Origin: Eledone cirrhosa
Taxonomy: Eukaryota
Assembly (NCBI GenBank): GCA_964016885.1
Contig: OZ024745.1
Location: 93,124,001-93,188,000, forward strand
Direction of reading: 5' to 3'
DNA: 64,000 bases
Part shown: piece by piece, positions 13,500 to 25,460 of the stretch
How the letters are laid out: each line of letters begins with the position of its first letter
Position numbering within the stretch: the first letter of the stretch is position 1
Notes under the pieces: model-generated
Database searches by the model: none
What the model saw: only the letters and a program-made list of their open reading frames with translations
What the model was told of the DNA's origin: nothing
Made by a program: the position numbers and the translations under genes

Positions 13500-14350
13500 T
13501 ATGTACAATGTCAGATATGCATGAGAGGTCGGCATATATTTCTTTCAATGTCAGATGTCACCAGCTTATGTTCTGAATGTGTTGAAGTAGGCGAGTGTAG
13601 GTGCCAACAAGGCGCTTTTGTTGTTTGAATGAAAGCGTCCATGTTTTACTTCCATATAGTAAGATTGGTCGAATTATTACTTGGAAGAATCTGATTTTGG
13701 TGTGGTTGGAAAGGTTTGAGTGTCAAACTCGATCCATCATGTTGCAAGCTGACCATGTCACATACTGGGTCATAGTTTTGGCATTTAAACAGACCAAAAT
13801 CCTCAACTGACATCAGACAAAACATCAGTTGGACTCTCATGTATTCACATGAGTACTTTATATACATGTCTCCAATTTGATAAGATAGCAGCTGATCAAG
13901 AGAAAAGCTTTCATAATAACAGACTATCGACTTCCTGAAGCCAGCACAATTAGAGAGCAAGTGATTCTCATACAACCAGATGATATTTTGGTCAGTCATT
14001 ATTATTTTTCTGGATCAATTTGAGGTTAATATTCTCAGCTATTTTGGCTATATAAATAGAACTCAAGCTATTCCATACCTTTTCCCTGGCAAACATCAGT
14101 ATCAGAGTAATGAACAGAATCTCTTTCTCTGTACACATCTCTCATTGCAGTTAGGATTAAATAACAAGACATGGTTAAATAGAATGAGAAATTAATTCAC
14201 TATCATCTCATTTTCTGCCAGTTTCCATACCATATTTTCTTTTTTGCTCTCAGCCAATATGGCACTCAAAAGGAGTTTAAATTCAAGGAAAGTATGCAGA
14301 ATGTTATTTCTCCAACACTGATTTACATATTTAACTTTATAAATGTGAAC
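13500..14350 (-). mobile_element. Highly decayed RTE-like LINE remnant
   Basis: Minus strand reads QVIIRPILLYGSKTWT (~13685-13640), matching the LLYGSETW motif; the rest is degenerate and boundaries are rough. Confidence 0.45.
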
Positions 14351-15999
14351 ATATGTATAACTATTCTTTTTCCCCCCCCCAACACATTTATGCAAACCTT
14401 GCTTTCATTAATGTTTAAACCAAGCTTTAGAAGAACACAATCCTCCTAACTACTTTGAATTATGTCAAAAGAGGTTTATATTTCTGACTGCATACAAAAT
14501 AAAAGAACTCCTAATTTATTGTTATTTCTGCAAATCCATAAATTTTATAATGGTGACACTGACGTGAAGGAACAGAACAGAAAGCGTTTGCAGACACTTT
14601 TTGGTGTGACTGGGTGGTAAATGTTTCAAAGTTCAATATTTTTTTTTATATTGCTCAACACTGGAGACCTCGACCATCGATCAAAACACTAGTTTTATGG
14701 CTACACCCACCTTCGAAATATTCCAGATGTGTTCAAACTTACAGCTTTCACCCCATATTTTATTTACTTACATTGTGAATCAAGCTTAAGGGAATGGCCT
14801 TACTGCTTAGATTTTAGTTTTTATTTTACAACTTTTCCCAGACTTTCTTGTTCTACTACATTGATTTACTTGTATCAAATATATCCAGTTTAACTTAGTT
14901 GATGTGAAAATTTACTCCCAAACAAAATAGCAACATCAAAGATTTCTTTCTCATGCTTTTTTTTTATTTTTTTTATTTTAAGAATAGAAGAAATGACCCA
15001 CTGAACACAGCAGTGCGAAATGTAGGCCATCTTAAAGATAGTGTCGAAGAATATATATTATATATAGGCCGGAAGAAGTTTACATGTCTGGTGGTACGAA
15101 TATAAAATTGAATTTACTGTTGCTATTCTCTGCGCATTTCTTATTTTTCTAAAAGTTCGCCACAAAGGTATCAGAAAATGCTTTCCTATTGTATCGATTA
15201 AAAAAAAAATCGTACAATTGCTAAAATATAACTAACATATCTTTAAATGGTAATAATTTAATATATATCAGTAAAAAAAAAATATCTTAAATGTAACATA
15301 CATAGACAAAAAAAATCTAATAAATTAAACGATCGAAGTAAATGTACAATATGTATACATAGCAATTTAACAATAGAAAGTAAAATGACTGCCGACTAAA
15401 TAAAGGTGGGAGAAAAATCGAATTAAAATGCCACGACATGAAGTTCCCCTACTCAACAGATGCTATAACTCCCACAAACGTGATAACTGACAACTGACAA
15501 CGTGGCCTATTGAAAAGAAATCAAGAGGGTGGGAAGGTGGCATATATAATGACATTTGTCACATTCATTTACAGTATATAAGAAATGGATAGAGATACAT
15601 ATGTTTAAGTACTTGTCAAAAAAGAAACCTTCTGAGCAGACGACTCGAATTTTGTATTAAAAACATTTAATGTATCGTTAACGAACCTTAAAGCCTACAG
15701 AAGAAAAAAAAAGAGTGCAGGTTTCAGTCATTTCCACTACATAAATAACCCATCGTTGCAATGAGTTTATAGCTTATTTTTCCACACTCACACATATATA
15801 TATATATAGAAATGGCTATTCACTGTGGTTACCTCCGATTTAACTCGGGATCTACACACCCACACACATATATATATATATATATATAAATATAAATAAA
15901 TAAATAAACGCATAAGTACAGTAGCAATGGACAAATAAAATGCTATGTTTAATTCTTCTATTCTTTTATAAACAAAATTCAAAAGAGGAAACATCCTTT

Positions 16000-16580
16000 A
16001 AATACATATGGACAACTAAAGAAGGGTTTTACAAAGACCTGGAAGCAGAGAAGGGCGACGAAGGTTTGTTAAAAATTAAATACATATGGGCAACTAAAGA
16101 AAGGTTTATAAAGGATTAGAATCAGAGAAGAATGACGAAGCATTGGTATGGGCAATCTAAGAAGGGTTTTACAAGGGATTTGAAACAGAAAAGGACGATG
16201 AAGGTTTGTTAAAAGTTACATATGGGTAACTAAACAAGGGTTTTACAAAGGATTAAAAGCAGAGAAGGACGATGAAGGTTTGGTAAAACATATGGGCAAC
16301 TAAGGGGTTTTACAGGGGAGTAGAAACAGGGAAGGGCGGTGAAGGTTTGGTAAGGATTAAATGCATATGGGCAACTAAAGGGTTTTACAAGGGATTTGAA
16401 GCAGAGAAGAGCGGCGAAGGTTTTGTAAAAGTTACATATGGGCAATCAAAGTAGGGTTTTACAAAGGATTAGAATCAAAGAAGGTGGAGGGGGGTTATGT
16501 TAAATACGTATGGGCATCTAAAATAGGATTTTACTTAGGATTAGACTCAAAGAACGACGAAGGTTTGATAAAAATTAAAG
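16000..16580. repeat. Diverged ~70-bp minisatellite, ~8 copies, in PDI intron 1
   Basis: Recurring catatgggcaactaaagaagggttttacaa...gaagcagagaag...gaaggtttg units spaced ~67-78 bp apart. Confidence 0.85.
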
Positions 16581-17000
16581 CATGATCGACAACCGGAAGT
16601 GACATGGAATGTACATCCGGCAGCAGAAGTTCTACTTTATAATTTACAGATGAAAATATTCGGCACGTTTCATTTATATCTCCACAAAATATATTTGATG
16701 CCGGCATACGAGCACACACACACACATATATATATACATGAGCAGTATATAATATTATATACTGCTCAATTGCTCATTAAATCCATTAAATTAACTGCAC
16801 CAATATACTATATTTCACAAGATATTTAAAAGAAGGCCGACTGATTATATATATAAACAGCAATTAAATGTATTAAGTAAAAATTTGATTGTTTTATATT
16901 TTGTATATATATATACACACACACATCTGAACAGAAAATAAAAATTGAAATTTTCAGTTTAATGAATTGATTGTTTTAAATAGTCACATATCGACATTTC

Positions 17001-17032
<32 letters not shown>

Positions 17033-17591
17033 GTATATATTTTACACATTGTTTAATCAGCAATGAAAATCGTTTCAGAAGTTTTAATATATATATATAT
17101 ATATAGTGCTCGATTTTTTCCCAATCAAACGATATGGATGATTAGCTTATTGAAATATAAATGACAATACTTCAGCGACCTTACAGACAACTTAGCCATT
17201 TTCTTAGTATGTAGATCTGTCAAAGGAAGGGTAGAGGAAAACAAATGCCGACTTCAACATCTGCTACAACGAAACAATATTTTAAATATAGATTACATTT
17301 TTAAAAGATAGAGAAAATACAGAAATCATTTCTGTAATGCATTAAGATGCTTATGTGTATATTTTCCGATAAATTTTATATCAAATAAGTTGAAATAATT
17401 CAATAGATACAAAAGTTAAGTGTCAGCAATATTTTGGGGGTAGGAAATGTTTGAATTAAGTGGCAAGAAGAAAGCGACTAAAGAAAATATTAATAATGTT
17501 GAGATTCCCATTTATACATATATATATATATATAAATCATCTGCAGATGGTTGGACTTTGTAATTTTATCAGACACGGGAAAATAGTCAGT

Positions 17592-17627
<36 letters not shown>

Positions 17628-18036
17628 CAGAATACATCCATCCATACACATGTGTATCAATCCATATATATATATGTATATGTGTGTGTGTGTATGTGTA
17701 TATATATACATCCATCCATATATATATATATGTATGGATACATCCATATATATGTATGCAGGAGTATGTCTGTATGAATACATATGTGGGTGTGGACAAC
17801 CAAAATACGTGACATACACATTTAGACAGTCAGATTATAATCATTGAGGAAATTAATATAAAATGCGGTGATATGATAGTAAGAAATTGTACAATGCTAC
17901 CATATATTGTATATATTTTAATGGCAGGAAAATCAAGACAGAAATGTTTTAAAATATCCGGCAACCATTGAAAATAGGTGAAAAAATAATGGCAAGGAAA
18001 ACATGAAAAAAAAAAGAGAACGAGAGAAGTACTTAC

Positions 18037-18184
18037 AAAATTCCACCATCAAATATTTAATTTTTTTGGTTAATTGTTCAAAGTTATCTTTCGTTAATAC
18101 TAGGACACCCTCTTCGTCCTTAACATCATCAAGGGCCTGTGAGAAACAAAACAAGGCAACGAAAACTATAAGAGCTGACTTCAT
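18037..18184 (-). CDS. P4HB: Protein disulfide-isomerase, coding exon 1 (signal peptide + start of thioredoxin a domain)
   Basis: ATG at 18184; MKSALIVFVALFCFSQA (signal-like) then DDVKDEEGVLVLTKDNF...YLMVEF; 148 nt ending at a GTAAGT donor (plus-strand acttac 18031-18036), phase 1. Confidence 0.93.
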
Positions 18185-18269
18185 GACTGCTAGAGAGTAA
18201 ATAGAAAGAGGAGGAAATGGGTTTATGGTTTTAAATGGTTTATAAAGTTGTGGTGGACGACTGGAATAA

Positions 18270-18380
18270 GATTCAACGTGGCACTAAAGAGAGGCGGTGG
18301 GTGCTACACACGTGATTTAATAAGACAGCCAATGGCGTGGTGAATTGTAATTGGTTTGTTCAGTTTCTACGTCAGATAAA
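18270..18380 (-). promoter_or_regulatory. PDI promoter with ERSE-I and bZIP (XBP1/ATF6-type) sites
   Basis: Minus strand CCAAT-TACAATTCA-CCACG (CCAAT-N9-CCACG) at 18354-18336; second CCAAT 18329-18333 (plus); CACGTG 18309-18314; GCCACGT 18282-18276; TGACGT 18374-18369; TATA-like TATTAAA ~18322-18316. Confidence 0.8.
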
Positions 18381-18669
18381 CGTCGTGTTGGTACGAGAAA
18401 TAAAATAAACGACATATGGATATGGATCTTTTCTGCTTGCCGGTAGATACACCAAACAATTCTGCAATAAATAAATTAATCTTTTACTTTACTTCCTCAT
18501 TGTTTTAATATTGTTATTATTATTTTTACTATTATTATAAATAATAATTATTATTATTACTTTCATCCTTACGGGATCGATAAAATAAAGTGCCAGTAAT
18601 GCACTGGAATCAATTTAATCCGCTTTCCCCTCCCCCAAAATTGATGGTTTTGTGCCTAAATCAAAATAT

Positions 18670-18890
18670 TAGAGTGGTGCGTTTACAGTAATCGGTAGAG
18701 CGCCGACATGCTTTGCGGCATAGTTACGGCCCTTTACGTTCTGAGTTCAAATCCTGCCGAGGTTAGCTTTGCTTTTCATCCTGATGGGGAGTCAATAAAA
18801 TAAAGTACCAGCAACGCACTGGGGTCAATTTAATCGACTTTCCCCTCCCCTCAAATTGTTGGCCTTATGCCTAAAGCAGAAACCATTATT
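18670..18890 (+). mobile_element. tRNA-derived SINE, family 1 (body gcctttcatccttacggggtcgataaaataaagtaccag)
   Basis: A-box-like head, B box GAGTTCAAATCC, body and tail shared with many other copies in the window. Confidence 0.8.
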
Positions 18891-20255
18891 ATTAAAGTAC
18901 CAGTAATGCACTGAAATAATTGCTGGCCTTGTGCCTAAAGCAGAAAACATTATTATTAAAGTACCAGTAATGCACTGAAATAATTACTGGCCTTGTGCCT
19001 AAAGCAGAAAACATTATTATTAAAGTACCAGTAATGCACTGAAATAATTGCTGGCCTTGTGCCTAAAGCAGAAACCATTATTATTAAAGTACCAGTAATG
19101 CACTGAAATAATTGCTGGCCTTGTGCCAAAAGTAGAAACCATTATTATTAAAGTACCAGTAATGCACTGAAATAATTGCTGGCCTTGTGCCTAAAGCAGA
19201 AAACATTATTATTAAAGTACCAGTAATGCACTGAAATAATTGCTGGCCTTGTGCCAAAAGCAGAAAACATTATTATTAAAGTACCAGTAATGCACTGAAA
19301 TAATTGCTGGCCTTGTGCCTAAAGCAGAAAACATTATTATTAAAGTACCAGTAATGCACTGAAATAATTGCTGGCCTTGTGCCAAAAGCAGAAAACATTA
19401 TTATTAAAGTACCAGTAATGCACTGAAATAATTGCTGGCCTTGTGCCAAAAGCAGAAAACATTATTATTAAAGTACCAGTAATGCACTGAAATAATTGCT
19501 GGCCTTGTGCCAAAAGTAGAAACCATTATTATTAAAGTACCAGTAATGCACTGAAATAATTGCTGGCCTTGTGCCTAAAGCAGAAAACATTATTATTAAA
19601 GTACCAGTAATGCACTGAAATAATTACTGGCCTTGTGCCTAAAGCAGAAAACATTATTATTAAAGTACCAGTAATGCACTGAAATAATTGCTGGCCTTGT
19701 GCCTAAAGCAGAAACCATTATTATTAAAGTACCAGTAATGCACTGAAATAATTGCTGGCCTTGTGCCAAAAGTAGAAACCATTATTATTAAAGTACCAGT
19801 AATGCACTGAAATAATTGCTGGCCTTGTGCCAAAAGTAGAAACCATTATTATTAAAGTACCAGTAATGCACTGAAATAATTGCTGGCCTTGTGCCTAAAG
19901 CAGAAACCATTATTATTAAAGTACCAGTAATGCACTGAAATAATTGCTGGCCTTGTGCCAAAAGCAGAAAACATTATTATTAAAGTACCAGTAATGCACT
20001 GAAATAATTACTTAATGCACTGAAATAATTACTGGCCTTGTGCCAAAAGTAGAAACCATTATTATTAAAGTACCAGTAATGGACTGAAATAATTGCTGGC
20101 CTTGTGCCAAAAGTAGAAACCATTATTATTAAAGTACCAGTAATGCACTGAAATAATTGCTGGCCTTGTGCCAAAAGCAGAAACCATTATTATTAAAGTA
20201 CCAGTAATGCACTGAAATAATTGCTGGCCTTGTGCCAAAAGTAGAAACCATTATT
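18891..20255 (+). repeat. 64-bp tandem array (~21 copies) derived from the family-1 SINE 3' end
   Basis: cagtaatgca recurs at 18901, 18965, 19029, 19093...; the unit aaagtaccagtaatgcactg/aaataattgctggccttgtgcc(t/a)aaag(c/t)agaaa matches the SINE tail. Confidence 0.95.
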
Positions 20256-20259
20256 ACTC

Positions 20260-20760
20260 TTATCCTTACGAAGTCAATAAAATAAAATACCAGTAACACC
20301 CTGGGATTGATTTAATCGACTTTCCCCTTCCCCAAAACCAATATTGGGGCGGAGTGTTGGCAGTAATCGGTAGAGCGTTGGAAAACATGCATTACGACAT
20401 AGAGTTACGGCCCTTTGCGTTCTCAGTTCAAATCCTGCCAAGGCTAGCTTTACTTTTCATCCTTACAGGGTTTGATAAGATAAGGTGCCAGTAACGCACT
20501 GGGGTCAATTTAATTGACTTTCCCTTCCCCAAAAATTGCTGGCCTTGTGCCTAGAGTAGAAATCATTTTATCATGGTGGATTGGCAGTATCGGTAGAGGG
20601 TCGGACGCCATGCTTTCCAGCATAGTTACGTCCCTTTACGATCTGAGTTCAAATCCCGCCGAGGTTGACTTTGCCTTTCATCCTTACGGGGTCGATAAAA
20701 TAAAGTACCAGTAATGCACTGGGTAATTGCTGGCCTTGTGCCTAGAGTAGAAATCATTAT
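20260..20760 (+). mobile_element. Head-to-tail cluster of family-1 SINEs (one partial, two near complete)
   Basis: Repeated tggattggcagta(a)tcggtagag heads, B boxes and aagtaccagtaa...ggccttgtgcc tails. Other copies: 22608-22795(+), 23862-24047(-), 24825-24972(-), 43865-44042(-), 54190-54540(+), 55800-56020(-). Confidence 0.8.
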
Positions 20761-21359
20761 TATGACGATGGTAATTATTGCTATGGATTTATTAATGACA
20801 TTCGCCTCCCATTGTCTTTAATTAAAAGTTAGATTGGAAAAAACTCTAGCATCGCACTGTCGAATTCTCCCCACAGTAAAAGAAAAAGAAAATGCAGGAC
20901 CTTCGTATCTTACCCAAACAAACATCATTCATTACTATAGGGTATGAGAAATTAGGGACTGTACTGATTGCCTTACAATATTTTCTGCTTTTAAATTTCA
21001 ATGGGTTTACATTACATTCTGCTTTTTCGTGATTAAAATAAGTACCAGTAACATACTGAACTTTTTTTTTTTTACTGAGTTTTAACATCATTCTAACAAA
21101 AATTATTTAATCTCCAGTTAAAATAATTTTATTTATTTTATAGAAAATCTAGGTGCTTAACAAAAATAATTATCTACTATTTTAAGGTTTACTCTACGAT
21201 ATTATTTGTCATTTTATAAAATAAGTTACTATTTATGTTATTAAGTTAACTTTTCGAATTTGTTAACTTTAATTTTAATAACTTTGATAGGTTTCAGCCA
21301 GTATTAGCCCAGGCCATGTCTAACTTAATAGTTATAGCAGTAAATTTTATTTTAAATCA

Positions 21360-21910
21360 TCATCATCATCATCATCATCATTTAACGTCTGCTTTCCTTG
21401 CTAGCTAGGGTTGCCCGATCTTCACAGGCCAAGTCAGTACTAATGCAGGCCTTCTGACATCCCAGATTGGTTGGGAGCCCACATTCTCTCTTACATACTG
21501 CCCTACTTTGTACCAAGTATATGTTTTTTATGGCACAAGCATTAGAGAGGTTGTCATATTTTTACATAACTGAAAAGGGCTTCCTAACCCTTTGTTTGGC
21601 AAACTTTCTATAATTGGATGCCCTTCCTATCACCAACCAGTTTACAGCATGTACTGGGTGTGATTATAGTGTAGGTCACCAACACTAAGAAGGCTGTCAT
21701 GTCCTTGACACAACTAAAAGGGCCTCCGAGCCCTTTATTTGGCAAGCTTTCTATAACTGGATGCCCTTCCTATCACCAACCAATTTACAGCGTGTACTCT
21801 GTGTGTTTATGGTGTAGATCACCAACACTAAGGAAGCTTTCATGTCCTTCACATAACTAAAGGATCCTCTCAACCCTTTCTATGACTGGAAACCCTTCCT
21901 ATCACCAATA
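21360..21910 (-). repeat. Retroposon 3' tail with a ~130-140-bp internal segment repeated three times
   Basis: (cat)n + ttaacgtc tail at 21360-21390; tggatgcccttcctatcaccaac-like motif at ~21615, ~21758 and ~21888. Confidence 0.65.
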
Positions 21911-22120
21911 TTATATGTTTGATTTATCTATTTCTTAAATATTTGATCTTATATATCATTACAACAAATTATTTAATGTATCTCCTATTTTTATGAAACA
22001 ATATAGAATGAAATAGTAAAAAAAAGTAGTATCTTTTAAAATCTTCTCATCAAAAAACAGAATGTCACAAAATCTCTTTTCCCTTCTCTAATAAAAATTT
22101 TCTACAATAATGGAAAACCT

Positions 22121-22929
22121 TTAACCCCTTTGTTACCAGCCCAGTCAAAGCCAGCTCTGGTTCTATGAAATAAAACCACCCATTTTAAAGGTTTCTAATT
22201 TAAATTTGAATCTTCCAACATAATTTTATATAAAAACCTTACATTAAATTGCTACCTTGCTAATGAAATAATCAATGATTTTAGTAAATCCCTCAAAATT
22301 CTTCATTACTATATTTTCCGGCGTGGAAGATGCTACTTTTTTCAGAAAATAAAAAAACCTCCATGCTTCCTGAGATTCGCCAACACTACACCTGATATCT
22401 CCCCTCCATACACACGCACACATGTATATCATGACTCGTACACTGTTCATTTTCCTGACATTTGTACATTATTCTATGTACTATACATGCACCTTTGTTG
22501 AGTTGTAGTGCACCTGAGCACTGTACGCAATAATTTCATTATTATTATAAGTCTCAAAAATCTACCATGCGTCCTGGATGCTGAAGGTTGTTTATTATTT
22601 TTTTTCAAGGCGGTGGATTGGCAGTATTGGTAGAGAGTCGGACGCCATGCTTTGAAGCATAGAGTTACGTCCCTTTATGATCTGAGTTCAAATTCCGCCA
22701 AGGTTAACTTTGCCTTTCATCCTTACGGGGTCGATAAAATAAAGTACCAGTAATGTACTGGGTAATTGCTGGCCTTGTGTCAAAAGTAGAAACAATTATT
22801 TTTTTTCAAATTTTTGGTTGTCAAAATTAGGGTGCGTCCTCGAGGATGAAGCGTCTTCGGCGCCGGGAAATATGGTGATTAATTGAAATAGAATGTATTT
22901 CATTAGAAATGCAGTCATGAAAGGGTTAA
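22121..22929. mobile_element. TTAA MITE family 2 carrying nested insertions
   Basis: ttaacccctttgttacc ... catgaaagggttaa termini; related copy at ~6578-6812. Confidence 0.6.
22309..22875. mobile_element. Tc1/mariner-pogo-type MITE with ~26-bp TIRs
   Basis: Left TA|ctatattttccggcgtggaagatgc is the imperfect inverse of right gcgtcttcggcgccgggaaatatgg|tg. Confidence 0.65.
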
Positions 22930-25460
22930 CAATGTTGTTGAAATAACTCTTTAAGTTGTAGACTTAAAATGGCCATATCCGGCCAAAATTCTCTCACCTC
23001 TTTCTCTTCAAACCGGCTGTAACTTGCCATCCCTTCCCCTTCCAGTTCTTTTTCTTCTTTCTTTCTCTTTTTTTCTTCTATATTTCCCTATTCTTTCTCC
23101 CCTCCCCCTTTTTTTATTTTTATATTGAAAATAAACATATTGCTTCCTTGTTGGAAAGAAATAATTCTCAAGCTAGAGATTTTGGCTTGAATGCTCATTG
23201 TTGTTGTTGTTGGTGTTATGATTCACACCTATGCTGCTTTATCTTGCTTCCTATGAGGTGGCATCTCAATTTTAATGATAGGAGCCCTAGTCCTTTCATG
23301 TGAGTGCTTGGAATAGAGTGAACACCACTAAAAGCAGCCACCTAAGGACCAGGTAGTTATGTTAACCCTTTACCCTATATTTACTCTTGTATTTTTGTGG
23401 TAAATTACATAATTATTTCACATAATATCAAATCTATGAGATTTTGATATTATTTATTTTGAGGATAATACCTAACATCAGTATGAATGGCCAGTTACAG
23501 CTAGTTTGAACAGAAAGAGGTGAGATAATTCTGGCCAGTTTAAATGCTAAAGGGTTAATTAATCTAGGTGGTAACAAATTAAGTCAACCACCCAAGAATA
23601 CAAAGAGCCAGAACAAGTACCACAATGTATCTTGTCCAACACATGAACAATCCACTACGCTGCTGTAGTACTTTATTTTATCAACCCTAAATGAGGAAAA
23701 TCAAAATTTACCTTAGTAGGTTTTATACTTGTTATGCAGAGAGTCAGAACAAATACCACAAGACTACACCCTAATCACTCTGGCAATTGGCTGCCTATAG
23801 TCTTAGCAGTATAATCTCACAACTATCTCTTTTCCTAGGAAATGTAACCTTAAAATAATTGTTTCTACTTTTGGCACAAGACCAGCAATTATCCCAGTGT
23901 ATTACTGGTACTTTATCTTATCGACCCCGTAAGGATGAAAGGCAAAGTTAACCTCAGCGGGATTTGAACTCAGACCATAAAGGGACGTAACTCTATGCTA
24001 CAAAGCATGGCCTCAGAAACTCTACCGATACTGCCAATCAACCACCCTTGTTGTGTCATAACATTTGTATATTCTCCAATAGTTTTCCCACAACTAAAAA
24101 TCAATGTGTTCACAAATGGACACAAAAACAAATACAGACCTCCACAACATGTTACAACAGAGATATATCTTCATACAGCATTTTTAATCATCATCACCAT
24201 TACTATCATCACTGTTACTTTTATTGGTGACAGCAACCTCCCACCTCTTTCTGTTCAAACTGACTGTAATTGGCCACTCATACTGATGTTAATGTATTGT
24301 TCTCAAAATAAATAATATCAAAATCTCATAGATTCGATATTATGTAGATAATTATGCGAGATAAAGTGTTTACCATGAAAATACAATAGTATATATAGAG
24401 TAATGTAAAGGCTAAAGGGTTAAATATATGTTCCAACAACATTCGTACCTTTCTTAATGGCTTAAACAATTTAGGTAAAATGAAAGGGAATTCACCTGAG
24501 GATTGAAACTGTATTGCAATATCAGCTTTTTGTGAGTTTACCTCTGGTTCTATGAGACTTAACATATGAGCAGATCATCATTAACTGAGTACAATAGCTA
24601 CCTTTTCAAACAAGCTGTCACAAGAAATAAATATCTTTATTGTTGCAGTAATACAATATTTTAGATGAAAACTACTATCTAAGAATGTGAATATTATGTG
24701 TGCAGGTGTGTGAGAAAGCATTTACATGCATTTACAAACACGTATACACAACATATATATCTATCTTATGTATTAAAAGGATAAAGGTCCCATAACTCCA
24801 TGTGGAGTTCCTATAGAGGAAGAATCGACCCTAGCATTGGACTGGTACTTTTTTTTATCGACCTCGAAAGGATGAAAGGCAAAGTTGACTATGGTAGGAT
24901 TTGAACTCAGAGCGCGCAAATACTATAAAGCATTCTATCCGACGTCTTAACGACTCTGCCAATTCACCGCCCATGTATTATGCAGACTGAATCAACAAAT
25001 ATTTGAATCAACCCTTGCTAGCAGGGAAAGTGGATGTTAGACTTTGATGATGATGATCATCATCATTATGGAACATCCCTTTTTCCATGGAGGTTTAGAT
25101 TGGGTGTGTCTCCCTGTGTTTTGCTACCTGTTGCAATAGAGGGTCATCTGATATCTGAGAAAATTACCAACTTTTGTTGGTTTTGTATATCCTGAGCCTT
25201 AGTAGGAATTTGTTTTGTCTGTGGCACTACTGGGAAGTTTGTCTACAGCAGGTCTAAACAGCACGTCCCACCCCTTCCCTCAACTTTATATATCAGTTTA
25301 ACAACTATTCTCCGAGATGAGTTGCTTGTGATAGCTTTCTTCTATGGTTTGCATACACATATCTGTTTAAAATATTTGTTTATATATATATGCACATCAT
25401 ACATACACATATATGTGTATGTTTATATATATATATATATATTTCTGTTTACCTTTTACA

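Noticed and set aside
17490-17847. Tyr/Ile/His-rich and poly-K/F ORFs
   Set aside because: TA/CA microsatellites and a poly-T run in intron 1.
18891-20255. CRISPR-like array
   Set aside because: Contiguous 64-bp units with no unique spacers, eukaryotic context, and the unit matches a SINE tail.
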